NCBI RefSeq assembly: GCF_004010195.1
Contig: NC_057718.1
Span: 79,664,514-79,728,513 of the forward strand
Direction of reading: 5' to 3'
Source: Chiloscyllium plagiosum
Taxonomy: Eukaryota
DNA: 64,000 nt
Part shown: positions 23,940 to 36,564 of the stretch, in pieces
Numbering within the stretch: position 1 is the stretch's first letter
Layout: the number at the start of each line of letters is the position of its first letter
Translations under genes and position numbers: made by a program
The notes under the pieces: model-generated
What the model saw: the letters and a program-made list of their open reading frames with translations, nothing else
What the model was told of the DNA's origin: nothing
Database searches by the model: none

Positions 23940-24211
23940 GGGTGGCACGGTGGCACAGTGGTTAGCACTGCTGCCTCACAGCACTAGAGACGTGTGTTCA
24001 ATTTCCGTCTCAGGCAATTGTCTGTGTGGAGTTTGCACATTCTCCCCATGTCTGCGTGGGTTTCCTCCCACAGTCCAAAAATGTGCAGGTTAGGTGAATT
24101 GGCCATGCTAAAAGGCCCGTAGTGTTAGGTATAGGGAGGTGGGTTGCTCTTCAGAGGGTCAGTGTGGACTTGTTGACCGAAGGGCCGGTTTCCACACTGC
24201 AAGTAATCTAA
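23940..24211 (+). mobile_element. HE1-like V-SINE
   Basis: tRNA-like head ggcacggtggcacagtggttagcactgctgcc, V-domain tgtggagtttgcacattctcccc, and a CR1-like tail. Confidence 0.88.
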
Positions 24212-25639
24212 GTGACTGTTGTGGGAAACAAGTAGTATTTTTGTCAGAGGCAGCCAGAGAAGTGTCCCATCCAGTTCAGGATAGCAAGCACATCAGGGAA
24301 ATGGGATGGCCAAAAGTTGAGCCTGCGTAAATGCCTGGCCAGTAGCTCCACTAGGAGATTGAGGTGATGCTGTGGTATGCAGGGGATTGCAAGGACACCT
24401 TTAAAATGAGACACTGTGTTACATGAGCAAATACAAAAATACAGCTATTGGTTATTACTGCAAAGGTGAATCAGTTAGTATTCTAACCATTCTAAACTGC
24501 TGGCACTCTCCCACTTCACCACTCTATCACCTTCCCACCCTATCCATGTACCTAACCCACATTTATTCACTAAGATACTGAAAGTGTTTTAAGTATCCCA
24601 CAGCTTTTCAGTTTGTTTGTGAATTAAGCTTTACTAGAATACGGCATCTAATGCTGAAAAAAGGGAGTATTATTTGCCCCCAGGGAATTCTGTGTTATGA
24701 AGCATTCCGATCAAAGACTGCTCCGCATTTTGGAAGAGGCTGGGCTGTGGTCACAGTCAGAAATGTGAAGCTCTGTCACTTGTTTAAAAAAAAGAGCAGA
24801 ATTGCAATTTGATGTTAATTGCCACTTCTTGGAAGACATGGCTCACTATTTTACAACTTTGCACATGGTTGTAGCTCTTAACAAACCTCCATGGGACTAA
24901 GACAATTCAGCTCACTATTTCTGAATAACCAGTTGTTGATTATGATTTCATATGTTTGCAGGTTTTTTTGTGAAATCATTAATCCTTCTTTGTAGATGAA
25001 ATTATATATCATTAACAGTCTCCTTGTGATTAGGTTCCACTGTGCACTCTATTGGCAAATGGTTCATTTTAGCTAAAAGGCTACCTGGCACAGCAAGATA
25101 TTCATTGAACAGGAATTGATGTGCGTACATGTGCACTCCAATATGCAATTTCTGAGGTCTTGAACTGAAATTTTTACCAGTTTTCAACATAGTATTTTTA
25201 CCTATTGGTCTGACACTACTATTATCTTTATTATATTTTCAAATACGTAACATTGCATTTAGCAGATCCATCACACACTTACACGTATGTCAAACCTAAT
25301 GTTATTTAAAGCACTGATAAACTACACAGTGCCCATCACAAGGTGCACAAATGGTGTTCAATGAACTTAAATCACAACATTGTTCTTACAGTTGAAACAT
25401 TCAATTGAATTCAAGTGAAGTTATTCACTGACAAACATCTATTATTTGTATCTGTATAATCACCTCGTTAGATTCAAATTTTCGAAGGAAGTATGATTGT
25501 GCAAACCTGGAGGGAGGTTTTTGGTGTTCGTTTGGCTGGATTCAAAGTTAAAAATAAAAAGATACCACTCAATTTCCAGTAATATTCATGCTACATCTGT
25601 TCCATGTTTAAATCCCTTCAAAGTTGTTTTCACCCCTGC

Positions 25640-26900
25640 TGCAGCATCAAAGTCACAAATGACATCCTCTGTGACTTTCACTAAATTAAGTTATCCCTCA
25701 TTACAATTCTTGACCTGGCTGCAAACTTTGACAAGTGTGGTCAAACCTTTCTTTCTCCAACACTTCTCTATCATTACCCAAATGGGTGGGTTAGCTCTCA
25801 TATGTTTCTTTTCCTATATATCTTATCATATCCAGAGTATCGCTAACAATGTTATCTCTCCCTGCTCCTTATGCCATTACCTCTGGCATCCCCTCAAGGA
25901 TCAGGTTGTCACACTTGCCTTCATTGCTCAGACCTTTGAGTATAGGAGTTGGGAAGTCATGTTGAGATTGTACAGGACGTTAGTGAGGTCTCTTCTGGAG
26001 AACTGTGTGCAGATCTGGTTGCCCTGCCCAAGGAAGGATGTCATTAAATAAGAGGGGGTTGAGAAAAGATTTAACTGGATGCTGCTAGGAATGGAGGATT
26101 TGAATTATAAAAATAGGCTGCGACTTTTTTCACCGGAGTGTAGAAGGTTGAGGGTGACCTTATCGAGGTTTATAAACTCATGATGGCCATAGATAAGGTG
26201 AATAACAAGGATCCTTTCCCTCTGGTGGGTGAGTTGAAAACTGGGGGACATATTTTTAAGGTGAGAGGATAAAGTTTTAAAAAGGACACAAGGAACAATG
26301 TTTTTACACAGAGTGGTTTGTGTGTGGAATTAACTGCTAGAGGAAGTGGTAGATGCAGGTAGTATAAAATGTAAAAGACATTTTGATAAATACATGAATA
26401 GGAAATATTTGGAAGGATACGGGCCAATCGCAGGCAAGTGGGACTAGTTTAGTTTGGGAACATGTTTGAAGTGGACTAGTTGGATCTAAGGGTCTGTTTC
26501 CATGCTGTCTGACTATAACACTATGACATGCTGCCTCTTGCCAATATCATCTAAACATACGACCTTAGTTATCACATATATGCTGATAACAATCAATACT
26601 TCCTCACCATTACCTCTCTCAACACCCAACCCAATCTTACTAAATTGATAGATTGCATATTTGACATCCAATAGTGGATGAGTAGAAATTTACTCTAATC
26701 TTAGAAAAATTGAAGCCTTTGTTTGAGATTCTTTCACCAAACTATTTCGTAGGTATAGTCTCCATCCACCTCCCTGACAACAGTCGAAGATTAAGGCAGG
26801 CTGTTCACAAAACTTGTGTCACATTTGATTCCAAGTTGAGTTTCCAACCACAGCACAACACTAAGACTACCAATTGTCAATTCTTTGTAATGTTGTCGAA
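25640..26900 (+). mobile_element. Decayed L2-like RT fragment interrupted by a CR1 3' end (25910-26528)
   Basis: L2-like 'catatatgctgataacaatcaa' (IYADNNQ). The CR1 insert encodes LAFIAQTFEYRSWEVMLRLYRTLVRSLLENCVQIW and has the standard 3' tail. Confidence 0.7.
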
Positions 26901-26924
26901 ATTTGCCTCTGTTTCAGTTCATCT

Positions 26925-28862
26925 TAGGATGAGATGTGAAGGATGAGTTAGGGCACTTGAGAGTTACAGGTTAGCCAGTAAAAACCTAAAGAGAGAGCTA
27001 AGAAGAGCCAGGAGGGGATATGAGAAGTTTTTTGCAGATAGGATCGAGGAAAACAGTAAAGCTTTGTATAGGTATATCAGGAATAAAAGAATGACTAAAG
27101 AAAGATTAGGGCCAATCAAGGATAGTAATGGGAAGTTGTGCGTGGAATCTGAGGGGATAGGGGAAATGCTAAATTAATATTTTTCCACAGTATTCACACT
27201 GAAAAAAGACAATGTTGTTGAGGAGAATACTGAGACACAGGCTACTAGACTAGATGGGATTGAGGTTCACAAGGAGGAGGTGTTAGCCATTCTGGAAAGT
27301 GTGAAAATGGATAGGTCTCCTGGACTGGGTGGATTTATTTCAGGATTCTCTGGGAACCCAGGAAGGAGATTACAGAGACTTAGGCTTTGATCTTTATGTC
27401 ATCATTGTCTACAGGAATAGTGCCAGAAGACTGAAGGAAAACAAATGTTATTCCCTTGTTCAAGAAGGGAAGTAGAGTCAACTCTGGAAATTATAGACCT
27501 GTGAGCCTGACTTCGGTTGCGGGCAAAGTGTTGGAAAAAGTTATAAGAGATAGGATTTATAATCATCAAGAGAGTAATAAGTTGATTAGGGATAGTCAAC
27601 ATGGTTTTGTAAAGGGTGGGTTGTGCCTCACAAACCATAATGAGTTATTTGAGAAGGTGACCAAACAAGTGGGTGAGGATAAAGCAGTTGATGTGGTGTA
27701 TATGGATTTCAGTAAAACGTTTGATAAGGTTTCCCATGGTACAAAATTGCACAAAATATGGAGGCATGGGATTGAGGGTGATTTAGCAGTTTGGATCAAA
27801 AATTGAAAGAAGACAGAGGGTAGTGGTTGATGGGAAATGTTCATCCTGGAGTTCATTTACTAGTGATATACTGCAAGGATCTGTTTTGGGTCCACTTCTG
27901 TTTGTCATTTTTATAAATGATTTAGAGAAGGGTGTCAAAGGATAGGTTAATACATTTGCAGATGACACTAAAGTCGGTGGAGTTGTGAATAGTGCTGAAC
28001 GATTTTGCAAGTGACAGAAGGACTTAGATAAGCTGCAGAGCTGGGCTGAGTGGTGGCAAATGGAGTTTAATGTGGAAAAGTGTGAGGTGATTCACTTCAG
28101 AAGGAAAAACAGGAATATAGAGTACTGAGCTAAAGGTAAGATTCTTGGTCATGTCGATAAGCAGAGAGATCTTGGTGTCCATGTACATAGACCTCTGAAA
28201 GTTGTCACTTAGGTTGATAGGGTTGTTAAGAAGGCATACAATACATTAGATTTTATTGGCAGTGGGATTGGGTTTTGGAGCCACAAGGTCATGCTGCAGC
28301 TGTACAAAACTCTGGTGCAGCCACATTTGGAGTGTTGCGTAAGTTCTGGTCACTGCATCATAGGAAGGATGCGGGAGCTTTGGAAAGGGTTCAGAGGTGA
28401 TTAGGATGTTGCGTGGTATGGAGAGAAGGTCGTGAGGAAAGCCTGAGGGACTTGAGGCTGTTCTAGTTAGAGAGAAGAAGGTTGAGAGGTGACTTAATTG
28501 AGACATACAAGATAATCAGAAGGTTAGATAGGGTGGACAGTGAGAGCCTTTCTCCTTGGATAGTGACGGGTAGCATGAGGGGACATAGCTTTAAGTTGAG
28601 GGGTAATAGATATAGGACAGATGTCAGAGGTAGTTTCTTTACTCAGAGAGTAGTGGGGGGTGAAATGCACTGCCTGCCACAGTAGTAAACTCGCCAACTT
28701 TAAGGGCATTTAAGTAGTCATTGGATAAACGTACGGATGAAATGTGGAAATATGAAATCTGAAAGTATGGAATAGTGTAGGATAGAAAGGCTTCAGATTG
28801 GTTCCACAGGTCGGCAAAACATTGAGGGTCAAAGGTACTGCTCTATGTTCTATCTCTATGTC
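26925..28862 (+). mobile_element. 5'-truncated CR1 LINE (RT plus 3' UTR)
   Basis: FKKGSRVNSGNYRPVSLTSV...VYMDFSKTFDKV, FADDTK, RGDLIETYKI. Collinear with 47890-49795. Confidence 0.93.
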
Positions 28863-31849
28863 TATCTGCTGTGGAAAACCTTCTCCAGATCTTTATTGTC
28901 TCTAGACTAAACTCACTGAAGATCTGATCTGGAATTCTTTCCTCTGACTGCACAGCACATCAGTATAGACTAAAGTGTTAACCTTGTAATTTATGTGCTC
29001 ACAGTGCACTGAGTGACAATAAAATAGGTTTAATTTTGCAACTAAGCTCCTGAACAGAATTGCTGCCATGCTATACTTCCTATATTCGACTCTGAGCTGG
29101 GACAACGAGGTCCAGGAAGATTTCGATTGCAGCACCATTTCACCATTTGAGTACTGTACACTAAATGTTGCTGAAAATAACATCCAAAGTACCAGACTGT
29201 GATGTCATACACCTCTTCCATAATAGAAGCAGTAATTAATCTGCAGGCAGATCACATGGCCCTCACATTTTCATACGATCAATTTCAATGGAAATAAAGT
29301 GAAACAGCTAATGTCACTGACATTTTGCTTTCCTGTACAGAATTTTGTTCCTGCTCTCTTCCCAAGCAATGTTCAACAGCCAGGCTGCAAAGATAAAATT
29401 TCAGTTCATTTCTTTTAATATTGAGGCATTAGGACAAATCAGACACCTAATCTATCATGGAATAGATGAACAAAAAAACTGTGTTCACACATTCACTCTC
29501 ACCGGTAAACACCTTGGTGACAATTTTAAACAACAACAGAAATCACAAACTGTTCACTGACAGGTAAGACCTGGCATTGAAAGGACCTTGAATTAATCCA
29601 TTTTTTTTTGGCAAGATAATGGTGTCTAATGACTTGTCATTTTTGAACTGGGATGTTTTCAAATTCCTTTGCTTGCTGCGACACAGCTAACATTAGAAGA
29701 TTTGCCCTTTACAGGATAATGACAGAAATGTCCTTCCAGCCTGATACAGAAACATTTTATGAGGCATTCAACAAAAAAAAGAATAAATGGAAATGAACAA
29801 AGGAACAATATGAATTGTATGTAACAATTAATTTCAAATGAGTATGATGTGAAAAGCTTTTAAAAGCATTCAGTGGTAGAATCTAGCTGTTAAAGCTTTT
29901 AATAATGCATGTGGGACTCGGCAATAATGAAAACTTTGCAAAATGAATTTTGGATGAAACTGTGTGATACAAATAAATGTGATTCTAGCTCTTTCTGAAG
30001 CTATCGATGTTTAGGATTAAAATGATCATTTTTGGTACTGAGCTGTTTTCCATGCAGAATACAGTACATGAAAATGGCTTACCATCGATAAATACAAGAC
30101 CGAGAAGGCATATGAACAAGATAATTATTAGTCACTAGAGTCAACTTTTAGCATAGTTTGGTTTTAAATGGCAATTAAGCACCTGTTTCGTGTTCTCTTT
30201 CACTCAAAAGAAGTTTACTTAGAACTGGTTTAGAACAAAAATGACCTGGCATTTTATGTTCTGCTGAGATTTCGAGAAGGCTCTTCCCTGGGCAGCAATG
30301 CAGGTGGCGAGTACTGGGCTGCAAGACAAAGCAAAAGAGCAGCGGCAGAGAAGACCTAATCTGTAGACAGTGTCAAGTTAGAGAAGCTCCACTTCATCAG
30401 TCCCAGCATTCAGCTCAGCCTCCAGCTCCTCTTCATGTCTAGTCTAATAATATCAGCAGCACATGTATATTTACATGCTTCTTTCAGTCTGTCATGGCCA
30501 GCTGATGGTATGGGCCACATCTATATTTGTACAGGGCAATTTGCTGTTATGGATAATCACTCTGTGTTTGTTGCTGTGTTTTGGCCTCTGCTGGGAAATG
30601 ACATGATCACACAGAATCAATGGACCAATTGGTCTGTTCCCATCCAAATTCATATGTTTATGTTGGAATTCAAAAAGTGGGAGTGATTTTTATTGTTTTT
30701 AGAAAAGTCAAAAAATGCTCAGAAGATAATACAGGTTATCCTTGTCACCATATGATAGTTTCTTACTGACCTTAAGCTTATTGAAATAAGTCACACTGAT
30801 ACAATCCAACTGAAAAAAAAGCTTGAATAACAACCTTTCAGCGAAAGTGACACTTCTTTACTAAACCTCTGCAAATCGCTATGAGTTCATGTGTGCAAGG
30901 GCATACATGGGACTCCAACAAACCAAACATGGGGTAACAATGACATGGATGCACATCCACAGCTCTTCTTAAGATGAACTTGTTTCAAAGGGAGTGAAGA
31001 AATTATCGAACTAATGGTTCTGATAAATCATTAGTGCCCTATTACCTTTCAGAGATAGGATCCCAAGTGTGACCTGTATTTGCATCTTCAAAGCCCTGCT
31101 ATATTGTTAAGACAGTTTTATATGGTTTTAGCTTGCCAGCTAACACAAATTCAAATTTTTTTAAGTCCCTTATTGACACTATTATGGCTGCTACTCTAAT
31201 TATATTGCAGAATTTTCTTACACCAATATTTACATCAAGGGATAATCCCAATTTGCTGACAGTTTGTGAACAGTTGGATGAATCTTACATTTTTATTGGC
31301 TGAGTCTGAGCAGAGTTGAGTTTTTGAAGGTATTCTTGCCTTAAGGCCTTACAAGCTTTCTCACTGTGACTAACCAAAACTCACCTCATTAACTGCCTCC
31401 CTGCCTTTCTGGCATCCCTCACATCTGATCCTAGCCCCACCGTACTACTCTGATTACTCCAGAACCTGAGAATGGTGAACATATAGCACTGGTTTATTTT
31501 TAAGTGGAATCCTTATTAGTTTTATCATTCACTCTAGATATTGTCATAGCCTTTTTGAAGCATTTCAAATAAACGCTGATAAAAGAAAAAAGGATTGTAT
31601 CAGTTGTGAAAATCATGCACCAGCTCCAATTTTTAGCAACATTAAAGAGAAATATCGTTTTTGTCACTAATAGTGAAAGCAATCCAAAAGAATTATTATA
31701 TGTTAATCTAATGAATCTTAAGCCCTTCGACATCAGTTCCTAAAGAACTTTAGCTACTGTATAAGCTCATCATAAATCCTACTTGTTTCATTGACATTAT
31801 CACTGGACCTGACCTCACGTCGACCATGCTTCTTACCCAGGCAGGCTAT

Positions 31850-32940
31850 TTCCATGGTTCCTACACTAAACTTTGCCCCTGAGGTAAATTGTTTCTCTCA
31901 CTTATCTGAGTCTTTGTGTCCAGCATTGGGCATTGCAGATGCTGTTTCACCTCTCCACCACGTCTGAGAAGAACCTGGGTACTCAGTCTTCTCCCCAAAA
32001 GCAACTCTGCTGGATCTATCCCTGTAGTTGCACAAAGGGTGGTCCTATAACGCAATAGGGACTGGGACAGTTTGGGGTATCTAGTGAAGCTGTCGGCTGT
32101 TTCTTTAAGCTTGCCTTCTACGTTTGGACTGCTCTTTCTGCCAGACCATTGCTAGATGAATGATATGGAGCTGTTTTTATATGTTGAGCATGATTCAACT
32201 TTAAGAAATACTCAAACTCCCTGCTAGTAAATGATGGCCCGTTATCTGTGATCAACACTTCTGGGAGTCCATATACTGCAAAAGATGCACGCGACTTTTC
32301 TATTGTCCTCCCAGTGTTTGCCAAACAAACTCTATACATATCCAGCCACTTTGAGTGGGCTTCCACAATAACTAAGAACATTGAGCCCATGAAAACACCT
32401 GCATAGTCGACATATAACTGAGTCCAGAGTTTACCCAGCTAGTCCCATAAATGTGGGAGAGCTGTGGGTGATAATTTTTGTCCTTGTTGGCACTCTGGAC
32501 AATGCACCAGTAATGTGGTTATGTCTGCATCCAGTCCTGACCACTTCTTTCCAATATCTTCATTTTGGAAACTCCTGGATGACCCTGGTGAAGTTCAGCC
32601 AGTACCCAGTAGTGCCCTTTTGCTCACGATAATCACTCTTGCTCCCCATAACAATATGCCATCCTCTACTGTGATCAGGTCCAAAAAGATTTTAATTCTG
32701 GTTGTGACAGCCCTTTGATTTCCCCCATCACCACTAGCTGTTTCAGTTTTCCTAGGACCAGATCTTTCTACATCCACAGTCTGATATTGTCAGCTGTGAC
32801 TGGAATTTAAAACTGTTGTGGACTCTTCCAGCAACTGTACCACCAGTGGTGCATCTGCCAGTGGAGGCAGCTTAATACACCCACATTTGCTACTTGGCCT
32901 CCCAGATGGTGTTCTAACTTGTAACTATTTGCACTTAGTA
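31850..32940 (-). mobile_element. Gypsy LTR-retrotransposon pol remnant (RNase H end plus integrase)
   Basis: ORF 32118-32390 contains FLVIVEAHSKW...GLPEVLITDNGPSFTSREF...APYHSSSNGLAERAVQT. Also EDGILLWGARVI and YRTTLCATTGIDPAELLLGRRL. Confidence 0.92.
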
Positions 32941-33480
32941 TCCAATGGATGTAAGTTTGCTCGCTGAACTGGAAGGTTTGTTTTCAGACATTTCGTCACC
33001 ATACTAGATAAGATTATCAGTGAGCCTCCGGTAAAGCACTGGCGGTGTGGCTCCCTTTTTATTTATGTGTTTAGGATTCCTTGGGTTGGCAATGCCATTT
33101 CCTGTGATGATGTAATTTCCTGTTCTTTTTCTCAGAAAGTGGTAAATGCGATCCAAGTCAATGTGTTTGTTGATAGAGTTCCAGTTGGAAAGCCATGCTT
33201 CTAGGAATTCTTGTGAATGTCTCTGTTTGACTTGTCCTATGATGGATGTGTTGTCCCAGTCGAAATGGTGTCCTTCCTCACCTGTACATAAAGATACTGG
33301 CCACTAGTATGTCACTAATGTAATTTACAAAATACCTTGCAAGAACTGTAACAAACACTACATTGGACAACAAGCAGAAACTAGCCACCAGGATACATAA
33401 ACATCAACTAGCCACAAAAAGACATGACCCACTCTCCTTAATATTTTTATATACAGATGAGGAAGGACACCGATTTTGGC
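32941..33480. mobile_element. Penelope-like element (family C): terminus with a degenerate hammerhead plus an inverted GIY-YIG fragment
   Basis: The plus strand at 33314-33440 encodes TNVIYKIPCKNCNKHYIGQ. The minus-strand endonuclease tail is at 33130-33300. The minus strand reads ctgataatcttatctagtatggtgacgaaatgtc at 32986-33020. Confidence 0.82.
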
Positions 33481-33484
33481 TTTG

Positions 33485-36426
33485 TTTTGGGGATACAGTC
33501 CCGCTGTTCAGGATATGTCCTGAGTGAGGCTATGCAAATCCATTCACTCAAGTGGTGTTTCTCAAGCTCAGTCAGACTGGTGAAGGTGTCTATGTCCATC
33601 GGAATATTCTATAACTCATATGCTCCACTTGCTACGTTTTTCAATGCGACGCCTGTTTGATATCCAGCTGTGCTTCAGCTGGTGGTGCTTTTGCATGGTT
33701 ACGACATTAATGTCACATACCAAACGGTCTCTCAGCATCTCATTCAGGGTTAAACCAAAGTCATACACCTCTGCCAGTCATCTTAATCTTGTCAAAATCC
33801 CAGTATGGACTCCCTCGGTTCTTAAATTTCTGAATAAAACTAAAGTAGACAAGCAGGAGGCTTAAGGAACACTGCATGCCAGGAGGTGGAAAAGTCAATA
33901 TTTCAGCAATAAACCTTCTTCAGGACTGGTGGTGAGGGAGGGAGTGATGCAGATAAAGACAGGGGGTCAGGCTTAGAATGGTGAGATAGCAATGGGTGAA
34001 TACGTTGTGGTGCTACAATCTGGTTGGTTGATGGGAGGAATTAATCCGGTAGGTAGCTGGAAGGAAAGGTCAGTAGAAAGAATGGAAGGGAGAAGGTGGG
34101 GCTGGACAGGGAGTCGAGGGGTGGGTGGGAAGTTTATTTGAAATTGGAGAACTCAGTGTTGAGTCCTCTGGGCTGTAGGCTGTCAGGATGGAAAATAAGG
34201 AGTTGTTCTTCACAATGTCTGATTCATTCGCAATGGAGGAGGCCAAGGACAGACATGTCGGAGACGGGTAGAAAATGAGGACAAAGCGGACCCTGTCTTT
34301 ATTATGTTTGGGGTGGGGAGGTTTAGAGCAGTGGAGCAGGGAATGGAGGACATATGGTTGAGGTCTGTTTGAATGATGGGAGTGGGGGGGCGGAGAAACA
34401 TGTTATTTAAAATAAGTGGACACCTGAGATGCTTGGGAGTGGAATGTCTCCTTGTCAGAGCAAATGAGATGGAGATGGAGGAATTGGGAAAATGGGATGG
34501 AATTTTTGCAGGATACAGGGTGAGAGAAGGTGTAATCCAGGTAGTTATGGGAGTCCATGGGTTTATAGTAAATGTCAGTCTATAAACTATTGCTGAAGAT
34601 GGAAATGGCAACCTCAAGAACGGGGATGGAGTTGTTCAAGATAGACCAAGTGAATTTGAGGGCAGGGTGGAAGTTGTTGGCGAAATCGATGAACTGCTCC
34701 AGTTCAGCCTGGATGGAGGATGCAGCACTGATGCAGTCATCGATGTAACAGGGAAGAGTTGGGGAACTGTATCTGTAGATGTGCTGAAGAAGGACTGTTC
34801 CACTTAACCAAAAAAGAGGCGGGCATAGCTAGGGGCCATGCAACTGCCCATGGCCACACCCTGGATTTGCAGGAAATGGGAAGAGTTGAAGGAAAAGCTA
34901 TTGAGGGTGAAGACTAGTTTAGCAAGGTGCAGGAAGGTATTAGTGGAAGGAGACTGGAAGGATCTGTTGGAGGGGAAGAAACTGAGGGCTTGCAGGCTGT
35001 CCATGTAGGGTATGGATGCGTATAAGAACGGAAGGTCCACAGTGAAAATGAGGTGCTGGGGTCAGGGAATTGGAAGTTTCCAAAGAAGTGGAGGGTATGG
35101 TTAGTGTCCCAGATGTAGGCAGGAAGTACCTGGATCAAGGGGGAAAGAATGGAGTTGTAGTAGGAAGAAATCAGTTCAGTGAGGCTGGAGCATGCGGAGA
35201 CGATGAGTCCGCCGGGTGTATTGTATCTGTGTTGGTCTTGTGTATCTTGGGGAGCAGGTAGAACTGAGCTGTGCGGGACTGGAGGACTATGAAATTGGAG
35301 GCAGTGGAGGGGAGATCACCAGAGGCAATGAGGTCACGGACAATGTGGGTGATTTTGGTCTGATGGGCTGTGGTGTGGTCGTGGTCAAGGGGGAGGTAGG
35401 ATGTGGTGTCAGAGAGCTGGCATTCGGCCTCTGTGACATAGAGGTCCATCCTGCAGACTAGCACGGCCCTGCCTTTATCAGTGGGTTTGATGGTGAAATG
35501 GGGTTTAGTGCAGGCGGAATGGACTGCTGCACATTCGGAGGGGGCGAGGTTGGAATGGGTGAGGCAGGTGGAGAAATCAAGGCGGCTGATGTTGCGTCGG
35601 CAGTTGGCAATAAAAAGTTCCAGGGCGGTTAAGTGGTCAGGAGGGGATGTCCAAGTGGAAGAGAAAGGTTGGAGGTGGGAGAAGGGGTCCTCAGAGGGTG
35701 GTTGGGAGTCTGCCAAAAAAGGAACAGAGGCGAAGGAGGAAGAGCTCCATGTTGTGTTGGGCACCGAACTTGTTGAGGTCAGAGCGGAGGAGCACGAATG
35801 TGAGCCCTTTAGTGAGGACAGACTATTCGGCTTCAGAGAGTTTGAGGTCGGGGAATGGTGAATATGTGGCCTTTCCTTCCAGCTATCAACCTATGATTCC
35901 TCCTATCAACCAACCAGGTCGTACACCTCACCATTCCAGCCCTCTCCCCATCTGTAACCCTGTACCAGACCCCTTCCCCTCCCACCCCATCTGCAGCTCT
36001 CCCTACCCCCACCTCCATTCCTGAAAAAGGGTTACACCCAAAACATTGACTTTTCCACCTCCTGATGCTGCCAGGCTTGCTGTGTTCCTCTACTGCCTGT
36101 TTCTGTACTTTGGATTCCAGCTTCTGCAGTTCTTTTGTCTCTGAATAAAACCAATAGCATCTCAGAATTAGAGGATCCTTTGGATTGTAATATTTCTTAA
36201 CTAAATCAACTAGCTCTTGAAAGGTTTTAGTATCTGATGCTTCAGGGGCAGTCGGGCTTCTAATAACTGAAAAAGCTGCTGGTCCATAAGCTGTCAGGAG
36301 AATTACTTGTTGCTTTTCATATGCCCCATATTATTTGCCCAAATAAAAAGTAACACATTCTTTCCACATACTGGGCCCATCTTTGATGGCAGGATCAAAT
36401 GAGTCAAGCTTCCCAAATAGCAGCAT
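33485..36426 (-). mobile_element. Gypsy gag remnant (36152-36426 and 33485-33828), split by a PLE
   Basis: The minus strand encodes MLLFGKLDSFDPAIKD.../WAQYVERM at 36426, and LAEVYDFGLTLNEMLRDRLVCDIN at about 33700-33780. Confidence 0.8.
33841..36139 (-). mobile_element. Penelope-like element (family D): RT remnant with inverted terminal pseudo-LTRs
   Basis: The 12-bp TSD tctgaataaaac lies at 33829-33840 and 36140-36151. ORFs include IKPTDKGRAV...FYLLPKIHK and QIQGVAMGSCMAPSYARLF, with YIDD at ~34740. The inverted ends ~33841-34090 and ~35870-36112 carry degenerate hammerheads. Confidence 0.9.
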
Positions 36427-36564
36427 GATGCCAGAAATGCTTATCCTAACTGAGAGACAACTGTTGTGAGTGAATTTCTTCAGGACTGTGCTTTTCCCTT
36501 GTCACCATTGAAATAACTCCACAGTGGCCTGTATCCTGTCACCAAGTCGCCCTTTATTTATGTG

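Noticed and set aside
25497..26051. 184-aa ORF as a host gene
   Set aside because: It is a chance read-through of L2-like decay into a CR1 RT C-terminus.
29341..29563. Possible plus-strand exon (tttcctgtacag ... caggtaag)
   Set aside because: No frame is open across it and no protein is recognisable; splice-like motifs are common by chance.
30385..30445. Minus-strand acidic peptide HEEELEAELNAGTDEVELL* as a last coding exon
   Set aside because: The acceptor is weak and I recognise no homolog.
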